Made by a program: the position numbers and the translations under genes. Positions 10,912-22,054 of a DNA stretch of 64,000 nucleotides are shown here, in pieces (the first letter of the stretch is position 1; every line of letters starts with the position of its first letter). Location: the NCBI GenBank assembly GCA_002269645.1, contig NIVC01001128.1, positions 124,001-188,000 on the forward strand. The letters are read 5' to 3'. This DNA comes from Macrostomum lignano (taxonomy: Eukaryota). The notes under the pieces were generated by a model. The model saw nothing but the letters and a program-made list of their open reading frames with translations. It was not told the origin of the DNA and made no database searches.

Positions 10912-11990
10912 CTCTCACTGAGTGTCCATCCAAGTCTCACTGAGTGTCCATCAAAGCCTCACTGAGTGTCCATCAAAGCCTCACTGAGTGTCCATCCAAG
11001 CCTCACTGAGTGTCCTTCCAAGTCTCACTGTGTGTCCTTTCAAGGTTTCCTTCCAAGTCTCACTGAGTGTCCTTTCAAGGTTTCCTTCCAAGTCTCACTG
11101 AGTGTCCATCCAAGTCTCACTGAGTGTCCATCCAAGTCTCACTGAGTGTCCATCCGAGTCTCACTGAGTGTCCATCCAAGTCTCACTGAGTGTCCATCCG
11201 AGTCTCACTGAGTGTCCATCCGAGTCTCACTGAGTGTCCATCCGAGTCTCACTGAGTGTCCATCCGAGTCTCACTGAGTGTCCATCCAAGTCTCACTGAG
11301 TGTCCATCCGAGTCTCACTGAGTGTCCTTCCAAGTCTCACTGAGTGTCCATCCGAGTCTCACTGAGTGTCCTTCCAAGTCTCACTGAGTGTCCTTTCAAG
11401 GTTTCCTTCCAAGTCTCACTGAGTGTCCATCCGAGTCTCACTGAGTGTCCATCCGAGTCTCACTGAGTGTCCATCCAAGTCTCACTGAGTGTCCCTCCGA
11501 GTCTCACTGAGTGTCCATCCGAGTCTCACTGAGTGTCCATCCAAGTCTCACTGAGTGTCCATCCGAGTCTCACTGAGTGTCCTTCCAAGTCTCACTGAGT
11601 GTCCTTTCAAGGTTTCCTTCCAAGTCTCACTGAGTGTCCATCCAAGTCTCACTGAGTGTCCATCCAAGTCTCACTGAGTGTCCACCCAAATCTCACTGAG
11701 TGTCCATCCAAGTCTCACTGAGTGTCCACCCAAATCTCACTGAGTGTCCATCCGAGTCTCACTGAGTGTCCATCCGAGTCTCACTGAGTGTCCATCCAAG
11801 TCTGACTGAGTGTCCATCCAAGTCTCACTGAGTGTCCATCCGAGTCTCACTGAGTGTCCACCCAAATCTCACTGAGTGTCGATCCAAGTCTCACTGAGTG
11901 TCCATCCGAGTCTCACTGAGTGTCCATCCGAGTCTCACTGAGTGTCCATCCGAGTCTCACTGAGTGTCTATCCAAGTCTGACTGAGTGTC
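10912..11990. repeat. 22-bp minisatellite, ~48 copies
   Basis: Unit CTCACTGAGTGTCCATCC(A/G)AGT, with a recurring CCTTTCAAGGTTTCCTTCC variant. Confidence 0.95.
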
Positions 11991-12451
11991 TATTCTGGAC
12001 GTAAACCTGTTAAATAAAAAAATCAACAGTCGAATGTTCAGCACGCACACAGACTCAACTACTGCAAGTAGAAATTTGAGCTCCTGCAGAGACAAATGGA
12101 TGTAAATATTATAATTTCAACAGTGATCCCATAATGCAGCATCCTCGCTGATTGGATGAGCAGTACACCCAGTATCCTTCCAATCAATGATCGTGTAAGA
12201 AAGTCCCTGACCGTCTTTTCCATCTATATGATTTGAGCTGGTAGCAACGCGAGAGGCCCAAGGTAACTTAGCACAGAAACCCGTAAAAGCATATATGACA
12301 CTGACCACTGTCTAATCTGAAAACAGCTTTATGGTGAGTACCTGCCGTACTTGGTTTGGAGCATAATAATTACTTGTAGTTTTTCTACTTTTACCAGTAT
12401 AACTGCATTAATTGAGTTCGTACAGCATGGCCTCCTAACTCATTGGCTACA

Positions 12452-13198
12452 ATGGATTGCTAATCTATAGCCATCTCTGCTGGGTGAAGGAGCAGAATGG
12501 ATTGCTAATCTATAGCCATATCTGCTGGATGAAGGAACAGAATGGATTGCTAATCTATAGCCATATCTGCTGGATGAAGGAACAGAATGGATTGCTAATC
12601 TATAGCCATATCTGCTGGGTGAAGGAACAGAATGGATTGCTAATCTATAGCCATATCTGCTGGGTGAAGGAACAGAATGGATTGCTAATCTATAGCCATA
12701 TCTGCTAGATGAAGGAACAGAATGGATTGCTAATCTATAGCCATATCTGCTGGATGAAGGAACAGAATGGATTGCTAATCTATAGCCATATCTGCTGGAT
12801 GAAGGAACAGAATGGATTGCTAATCTATAGCCATATCTGCTGGGTGAAGGAGCAGAATGGATTGCTAATCTGTAGCCATATCTGCTGGATGAAGGAACAG
12901 AATGGATTGCTAATCTATAGCCATATCTGCTGGGTGAAGGAACAGAATGGATTGCTAATCTATAGCCATATCTGCTGGGTGAAGGAACAGAATGGATTGC
13001 TAATCTATAGCCATATCTGCTGGATGAAGGAACAGAATGGATTGCTAATCTATAGCCATATCTGCTGGGTGAAGGAACAGAATGGATTGCTAATCTATAG
13101 CCATAGCTGCTGGGTGAAGGAACAGAATGGATTGCTAATCTATAGCCATATCTGCTGGGTGAAGGAACAGAATGGATTGCTAATCTATAGCCATATCT
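12452..13198. repeat. 45-bp minisatellite, ~16 copies
   Basis: Unit AATGGATTGCTAATCTATAGCCATATCTGCTGG(G/A)TGAAGGA(A/G)CAG; same unit as 41486-41765. Confidence 0.95.
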
Positions 13199-13343
13199 CG
13201 TAAATCCAGTAACCTGAACTTAGTCGCTCGCATTCCTTAGCTTATTAGATTTTTAGAATTTTTATTAACAATTTTTAGCTGTAGTTTGAACTTCAGCAGT
13301 ACAGAGACGGAAGTCAGCTAAGCTTAATATTTGTTTTCTACAG

Positions 13344-13571
13344 TGCAGCAAGTCCCATTTTCTGGCAGCCAGGCAGCCTCAGGAAGAATTCGTGTTGGCA
13401 TTTGTCAAGCGAGTCGATTTGTCAAAGCAGGCAGTGCATTGTAATGAATTATTGAGCTGTGAGGCTGCTGGTGGGTTGTTGAAGCCGCAGCCGTCCTTTT
13501 ATGACGAATTCTCAGCCGTATCAGCAGACTGCAGCCCTTTATCTTTATCCTTGCAGGATGTGCACTTTTAA
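13344..13571 (+). other. Possible orphan terminal exon (75 codons), unassigned
   Basis: TTTTCTACAG acceptor followed by an open frame CSKSHFLAARQPQEEFVLAFVKRVDLSKQAVHCNELL...DVHF*. No recognisable family and no partner exons found. Confidence 0.2.
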
Positions 13572-13667
13572 AGTTTTTATATACCTAACTGTATTTATAC
13601 CAGACTCACACGGGCGCACTTAAGATCTGTGACTTCAGGTCAGCAAGGTGAATGCGGAACTGAAAAA

Positions 13668-14025
<358 letters not shown>

Positions 14026-14407
14026 CTCCTCTTCTTTTCTCTCCTCTACCATTTCTTAATATTTCCATAATAAACGCAAATTCAACTTTGATAAACTCCG
14101 TATTGAGAGAGTCAGCAACTGATGGCATTGAAGTTGGGTTTGGTGTGTGCGAACGGCACAGGCCTATCGAGTTGCTTTAGTAGGGCCCTGACCAGGGTCA
14201 CAAAAGATCCCGGATCCGCGCTATCAGATAACAATGGTGAGCCGGCATGGCACATTAGATGCGAGCGTTTTATGCAAGAGTTTACTCATGCGCTATTGAA
14301 GGGCAATGCAGGCACCCTGTAGCACTTAACTGCATCTTGATTGGATCAGTCTAGGGAAGGAATTGTATAGTTTGGATTGCTTCTTTAAATAACCGATAGC
14401 TAATTAG

Positions 14408-14553
<146 letters not shown>

Positions 14554-14924
14554 CCGTGTTATCTGTCTGACTTATTTACATGGCTATTCAGCTAAAAAAT
14601 GAAATTCCCAACAGGAATTAGCAGCACTTGTTTCCGCCATCCCCCTGCCCGGCCTCAGGCGTGGGATCGCTGCGGACTGGCGGCGGGGGTCGGACCGCAG
14701 TTGCATATTTTTTGGTATCGCGGTGTTGGCTTTTGCAGGCTCGAGAGGAAATAAATTATTAATATTTCTGTTGTAGTTGAGCGGCAAAATTTTTTTGTGT
14801 CGGCTTAGCTGCAGTTCTCTGCTTTTGCCGGAACTGAATATTTTGCATGATTAGACGGCTCTAGGAGAATATAAGCATGTGGAATACTTCTACTACTAAT
14901 ATAATTTAGCCACTTCACGTTTTA

Positions 14925-15618
14925 AAATCGGCGCCACTTTGTGTCAGAATCGGCGCCACCGAGTGTCAGAATCGGCGCCACTGTGTATCAGAATCGGCGC
15001 CACTTTGTGTCAGAATCGGCGCCACTGTGTATCAGAATCGGCACTATTTTGTGTCAGAATCGGCGCCACCGAGTGTCAGAATAGGCGCCACTGTGTATCA
15101 GAATCGGCGCCACTTTGTGTCAGAATCGGCGCCACTGTGTATCAGAATCGGCACTATTTTGTGTCAGAATCGGCGCCACCGAGTGTCAGAATAGGCGCCA
15201 CTGTGTATCAGAATCGGCGCCACCGTGTATCAGAATCGGCGCCACTGTGTATCAGAATCGGCGCTATTTTGTGTCAGAATCGGCGCCACCGTGTATCAGA
15301 ATCAGCGCTATTTTGTATCAGAATCGGCGCCACCGAGTGTCAGAATAGGCGCCACTGTGTATCAGAATCGGCGCTATTTTGTGTCAGAATCGGCGCCACC
15401 GAGTGTCAGAATAGGCGCCACTGTGTATCAGAATCGGCGCTATTTTGTATCAGAATCGGCGCCACTTTGTATCAGAATCGGCGCCACTGTGTATCTGAAT
15501 CGGCACCACCGTGTATCAGAATCGGCGCCTCCGTGTGTCAGAATAGGAGCCACCGTTTGTCAGAATCGGCGCCACTTTGTATCAGGATCGGCAGCACCGT
15601 TTGTCAGAATCGGCGCCT
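14925..15618. repeat. 22-bp minisatellite with GGCGCC core
   Basis: Unit TCAGAATCGGCGCCAC(T/C)GTGT(A/G). Confidence 0.95.
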
Positions 15619-16334
15619 AATAGTTTCTACATGTACTTTATTGTTGATATGTAGTTGTCAGGGTGACATGGCCTTCACACTTTATTCTCGTCTTGTGCTC
15701 TCCTTTTCGGTTAAGTACAGTTGGAAGTGGAAATTTTAATTTTTAAGTGCCTTTTATTCATTGGACAAAAAGTTTATCAAGTCCTTTAAAATTTGGTATG
15801 GCTCTACTGCAGCTTTGGTAATTGAAAATGTCAAGAGACTTTTCTATTGTTTGTAAAACATGCAATCCTATAGATATTATTTATTCATACTCAAATCAGC
15901 TTGCAGCTAATCAAGTTGCAAACTGTCATTAAAAGTTACCAAAAGTCCAATTAAAGTGCATCATAGTCTGTGCAAGTAGCAGACTCATTCGTTTGTGTGC
16001 ATTTGTGCTATGCCCAGCTCTGAGAAGCGCTCTGATTGGCGGCTAAGTTGCACTTTAACTGGCTATTTTTGGCAGATAAACTGAATTTAATACACTTTAG
16101 ATGAGGCTATGTTGAACTTGAGTTGGATATTGTGCTATACCTTGACAGGAAAACCTATATATTCGCTTTAATTGGGCAAGATAAGAAAGTCACAAGGCGA
16201 AGATGTACAGCACCCCTTGTGCGCGTGCGTGCTCAGGGGTCAGCGGAATGGGGGTGGGTGGGGCTAGCTAGCTAACTGCAGATAATTGCCTTCTCGATTG
16301 GCCCAAATGTACATTCTCTCTTATTGATAAGCAG

Positions 16335-17883
16335 GCTGGTCGCAGCTATAAAGCCGGTAGAACCAGAGAATGTTAAGAAACGTTTTTCCTCCGACGCGTC
16401 TACTATGGAGTCGCATCGACCAGAACTGAAAACGGTGGCCCATTCGGCACCAGTCAAACTTCTGTTGCTATGCAATGAGGCCATGCGGAAGCGATGCCAG
16501 TGTCTGGCCGGGCTGCTCCAGTCCGCTGCCTGCCACGATCGTCGGCTCCTAACTGTCCAATTGAAATGCGTCACCTTTGCGGAGACTGACAATGGCGATG
16601 GAGCATTCTCGATGTCGGCGAAGACGTACTTGCAGCTGGAGAGCACCGATGTTGTGCTCTGCATGCTCCGGGTCGGCCGGGTGCAGGTGGCGGCGTGGCG
16701 CCAGCTCGTTGACATGCTGGCGGCGCGACAGGCTCGCTTTCGCGCCGTCAAGAACGACAGCAATCAGCATCCGGTGATGCTCCTCCAGTGCTGCGGCGCC
16801 GCCTACGCTGTGGACGAAGTTTCCGAGAAAGCGGCTCCGGACACGGACCCGAGCTCGGTGGATTGGCGGCTTCGAAGTTGGCTGGCCGGTCACGCCAACT
16901 GCCAGCCAGACGATCTCGCCAGCGTCAGCGTCGACAACAGCAGCGCCGGGAAGGCACTGCGTCACCGACTGTTTGGCAGGCGCTATCGAATTCAGGTCGA
17001 GTTCGCTGACTACGCCTGCGCCGCTTCGTCGATGCCTCGGCGGCATTCGCTCTATCGACTCACCAGCGGTCGAGCAGCTGCCGACGGAGGCTGCAGCCCC
17101 CAGGCCGTCGTCAAGCGGTGCCTCTCTCTGGACGACCAACTGGACAGTAGTGCGCTGGACGAGTCGGGCTACTGCTGCTTCAACAGCACCAACGACGAAG
17201 CCAAGCTGGCAGTTGAGCACAAGCAGCAGTTGTTCCATTTGGATTTCATCAAACCAGTTGGCGCAGCAGCTACGCTGGTGATCGCTGCCACCAGGTCGTG
17301 CTCCGTAGAAGCGGAACTCTGCTTGAACAATCTCAATAGTCGTGGACACCGCGCCTTGTTCATCGACGCATTCGCCGCTTCGTTGCAGAACAAGGGACTG
17401 CAGCCGCAACCGCCGCAGCCACAGCAGAGACGGATGTCAACTTTGCGTCTGTTGCTGAGTGGCCGACGTCGCAATGATCCAGTCGTTCAGCTGGCCGACA
17501 CTCTGGCCCAGCTGACGCCTCAGTCGGCTAGCGGAGTCGTTCTTCTGCTGTTCTGCCGTCGGCATCGAAGTCGCCTACTGGCGGAGCTGCTCCGCTGCGC
17601 TGCTCAACCGGAATCGAAGTTGACCGCCCTGCCGCAAGCCGTCTTCGTTGCCATCGTTGGTCCCGTGACCGAAGTGGAGTCTCAGCAGCTGCGACAGCTG
17701 GGCAACTGCAATGATCTGCTTCGCTGCCAGCTGGACGTGATCTGCTGTCCGGAGGGTCTGGCCGGTCAGCGGGTGTTGAGCTGCCTGGTGCCCGGACTCA
17801 CCGCCATGCTCCGACAGTTGGAAGTGGCGGCTGCTGCCGCCCACCGACCCTGCAAGTTCAGAGCAGATCGAAAAATGCCTTAA
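16335..17883 (+). CDS. Uncharacterised protein (~500 aa) in one long exon; possible degenerate small-GTPase-like domains
   Basis: Long non-repetitive GC-rich ORF with codon usage like the other genes. The track start at 16324 is TTG, so the real start is either an acceptor (ATAAGCAG, exon from 16335) or the in-frame ATG of MESHRPELK. Domain call is by pattern only. Confidence 0.7.
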
Positions 17884-18207
17884 TTAATAGCTTTGATTTT
17901 TAACAAAAAAATGATGATGATAGCATTTTTATCACCTAAAATTTGGCTCAATAAAATATGTTTGTCTTCGACGATAGTGATTTTTACCCTTCGCAGAAGT
18001 TCAATTTAATTAAAGAAAGTCGTGCGTAGGTTGTTAACACATTATTTTTTTAGAAATGACCCACTCTGTAGCCAAATCTATCTTATTATATTGACTATAA
18101 TAAAATGTGTGATGCTATATAGGTTGATTGGAACATTGAAAAATTGGCTGAATAGCAATATGCCCATCACTGGTTCTACAATACCGTCTCAGTTTAATAT
18201 GAATTTA

Positions 18208-18325
18208 GCGGCCGTCTTCCGAGACCCCGAAAACCCCGGGGTTTGGGCCACAGACACCAGAGACACCAGCTGCTGCTGAAGCTATAGTCTATGGTCTGAA
18301 CCCTGGGGTTTTCACGCTGCGGCCA
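18208..18325. mobile_element. Short palindromic (hairpin) MITE, copy 1
   Basis: Arms GAAAACCCCGGGGTTTGGGCCACAGAC / GTCTATGGTCTGAACCCTGGGGTTTTC; related copy at 24595-24730. Confidence 0.65.
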
Positions 18326-18829
18326 GATGGCTGAAGTGGCCTATCTAGGAGTGTATTGAATCTGTGATGCCGAAAGCTTTGCATCAAGTGAGGATTTACG
18401 AATGTCACTTTCGTGCTTCAATCTTAGAATCTAAACTGTAGGGTTCAAGACGTACTTGAAGGCGGTATAGTTAGGGATAAGCCTCTAGAAATTAGTCTAA
18501 AAAGATAAAGAGAATTAATTCAATTTTCTTTGCTAGCTCCGCGCAAAACTAAGAAGGTTGGCAGTGGGGACTTGGGAGTAGAAAGTGGCTCATAGATCTG
18601 GCCAGTTGCCTAATTTGGGAAGACGGTTAGGGTTCCTGCGGGAGCTGCAAGTCAACTGCATCAAATTTGGACTTTTGCTTTTGATACTCTTCTTGTATGG
18701 GAGCAAGAGTTTTTTATACACTGGCGAGTTTTAGGCTAAAAAATATAGCTTATCTTGCTTTTTCTGCTTCTAAATAAATGGCCAATGTAGTTAATAAGGT
18801 AAAAAAGTAGCTAGGTTTGATGAGGTGCA

Positions 18830-19350
18830 AGAGTAGGTTTGATGAGGCGCTTAAGTAGGTTTGATGAGGCGCCAAAGTACGAGCGTAGGTTTGATGAGGC
18901 TCCAAGATAGGTTTGATGAGGCTCCAAGATAGGTTTGGTGAGGCGCCAAAGTAGGCTTGGTGAGGCGCCAAGATAGGTTTGATGAGGCGCCAAAGTAGGC
19001 TTGGTGAGGCGCCAAGATAGGTTTGATGAGGCGCCAAAGTAGGCTTGGTGAGGCGCCAAAGTAGGCTTGGTGAGGCGCCAAGATAGGTTTGATGAGGCGC
19101 CAAAATAGGTTTAATGAGGCGCCAAAGTAGGCTTGGTGAGGCTCCAAGATAGGTTTGATGAGGCGCCAAAGTAGGCTTGGTGAGGCGCCAAGATAGGTTT
19201 GATGAGGCGCCAAAGTAGGTTTGATGAGGCGCCAAAGTAGGCTTGGTGAGGCACCAAAGTAGGCTTGGTGAGGCGCCAAAGTAGGCTTGGTGAGGCGCCA
19301 AAGTAGGCTTGGTGAGGCGCCAAAGTAGGCTTGGTGAGGCGCCAAAGTAG
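18830..19350. repeat. 22-bp minisatellite with GGCGCC core
   Basis: Unit G(G/A)TGAGGCGCCAA(AG/GA)TAGG(C/T)TT. Confidence 0.95.
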
Positions 19351-19586
19351 GGTTTTGGTTCGCCATAGTGTATTTTTGTAGTTTCGGCATGTTCTTCATA
19401 TTTCAAAGTATTGTTTTGGCGTTCAAAAAGTATCTTAGAAACGTGATGTTTGTATACAACGGTTAAAAGAGGGCAATAAAAGTACAATAATGAATGCATC
19501 TCAGCTGGTGGCCCAGGCGGCTTACTCGTGCAAATTCAATATATGCTCAAAATTTACAGTAGTACACTTTGTACTTTCAATTCTAG

Positions 19587-21320
19587 TCGAATCGCTCGGC
19601 AACTTGTCAGGAAGAAGTGGCGACCACAAGCAGCCTGTTTCTGTCGGTGGTGATCGGTCTGTTCAGCCTGGTGATTGTGCTGGGCCTGTTCGGCAACTCG
19701 CTGGTCATCCTGGTGATCCTGGCCAACAGGCACATGCGCAGCACCACCAACATCCTCATCACCTCGCTAGCTGTGGCTGACCTGCTCTTCATCACACTGT
19801 GCGTACCGTTCACGGCTCTGTTCTATCGATTCACCTGGAAGTTTGGCCACTTCTGGTGCGTCATGTTTCAATATTTCACCTATGTGCCCGTGTATGCCAG
19901 TGTCTACACTCTGGTACTTATGAGTTTCGACAGGTGCGTGTACTATTTTGTTATAATATGCTTATACTCAGGTTACGGGCCTTTAGAAAGGCTGTTATTT
20001 AACAATTTGACAAGAAGTATAAGCATAATCCGCGATTTAGATGTCCTTAAGTGAATAATTATCAATAATAACGATAGTTTTTGTTTCTTCTTCTGTTACT
20101 TCCAGGACGTCTAATAGAAAATAGTAATAATTTAAGGTTTTTAAATCTTATAAAAATAGTAATAAAAGACTACCCCGCCATATTGTGAGTTCAGTCAGTT
20201 CACGTATCAACAGGTTCACCCCGTGGCTCCGCCTCAAGGCCCCAGCAAAATGAGCAGCGAAACGTCCTGTTGTTGAGTTGCTCTCAACCCAGTTCACGGG
20301 CGTTACAGCGGAGCCTCTGGCAATAGCAGCAATAGTACAGTTTGATCACAATCCATCCTTGTCCCATTCGTCAGGTACCTGGCCGTGGTTCACCCCGTGC
20401 GCAGCATTGGCTGGCGAACCAAATCCAACACTCTGCTGACCGTCGCTGTCACCTGGCTAGTGATTTCAGCTTCGCACGTGCCATTCGCTATGGGCGTTGG
20501 CGTCACCACGATCCCAATGAGCAGCACCTGTCTGTGCAACAATTCAGCTGCGAACTGCACCACAATATCCGAAGTTGGCATCTGCTCCTACGTTGGCTTC
20601 TACTCGGATCCGCTGGCCGGCCGGTTCAGCCTGATTGGCAAAATATTCTACGCCGCATTCAACATTCTGGGCTACGTGCTGCCCTACGCGCTGATCATCA
20701 CTCTGTACGTCCTGCTGGTGAAACGGCTGCTGTACGATCGGTCGTCATCGCGCCTGCCGCAGTCGATTGAGGCTGTAAAATCCAAGCGACGCGTCACCCG
20801 GATGGTAGTAACCGTCGTAGCCATATTCGGCACCTGCTGGCTTCCCATTCACGTGATTTTCGCTCTGCAAAGCTGGCACGGCGACCTGGAGGAGGTTTGG
20901 TTCAGATACCTGCAAGTGGTGTCGCAGGTCCTAGCCTACATGAACAGCTGCATGAATCCCATTGTCTACGCGTTCGTTTCCGACAATTTTCGTCAAGCGT
21001 TTGCCAGTTTTTTAACTGGCATCCGATTGAAGCCCAAAACGCGAGATGTCGCTGCCGCCGATAATGGCAATCGGCGGTGCAGGCCGTTGCTTGAGCAGCT
21101 GCATCAACAGCGGGAAGATTTTGGCTTCAACCTGGAGCACCAGGAGCTCGATCACCAACTGCAGGTTGGCAGTGAACTGAGCAATAGTAACAAAGCACAG
21201 GCCGATGGAACTGCTGGATGTGCGACCATGGAGATGACGCCGCTGTGCGGAGCTGTGCAGCTGACTGTTCAAGTGCATTCGAGCGCAACTCGCGATGCCG
21301 AATACGCCGAAGAGAGCTGA
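19587..21320 (+). CDS. Rhodopsin-class neuropeptide GPCR, allatostatin-A / galanin receptor type
   Basis: Exons 19587-19933 and 20375-21320(TGA). GNSLVI (TM1), MRSTTNILITSLAVADLLF (TM2), YASVYTLVLMSFDR|YLAVVHP (DRY split by a phase-2 intron), CWLPIH (TM6), LAYMNSCMNPIVYAFVSDNFRQAF (TM7/H8). An in-frame TAG at 19584-6 requires an upstream exon; start codon not fixed (ATG at 19490 is a candidate). Confidence 0.9.
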
Positions 21321-22054
21321 CGATGTTTTTTTCTGAGTAGCTTTTCAAGCTACAAAAGTCAAGAAAAATCTAAGTAAATGGGCAACTGTGTCGAATAGCT
21401 CTAATTGGAATGAGACTAAAATCTTAGGGAGAAAAAACACCGGTTTGAGGCAGTGCGCAAAGCAAAGTACAAGCTAGAAGTGCAGGTTTTTTTGTTCATT
21501 AGCTTGTTGTCGACTAATTAGATGAGACTGGAGACGGAAAAGCGCTGGCGGCAGCTTGTATGCGGATGTTGAACTACGCTGTTTTTTTACAATATTACCA
21601 AAGTTACAATATTCTGTGTTATCCGCAATTCAAAGTGTATGTTGTTTGAGAAAATATTCCCAATTTTCTATTACGTTTCAAGTGGCAGTCTCATTAAAGT
21701 ACCATATAGATTTCCAATATTAAAATATTTTTTGTCAGTGTCAAATTGTTTAGTCTGCAAATCAAGCGATAATTAATTAAAAAATAACAAATTGCAGCAT
21801 CTATTTCAACAGCCGGGCAGCAGAAGTGATAAAAAAAACTCTTCCAATAAATAATATTCATGTGTAAGCGTGAAGTTCGTGAGCTGTAGAGTGCAAATAA
21901 AAATCTACAAAACCATACAAAAAACTGAAGAAGATCATAGAAGATTCGAAGCGCTTTACTTGAAAACAATTTCTCATATAGTTACAAGTGATATCTAATA
22001 AAAATCGTGTTTTTTGTAAATGTTCCTCGAGTTTCTATATATTGGACACAATTA

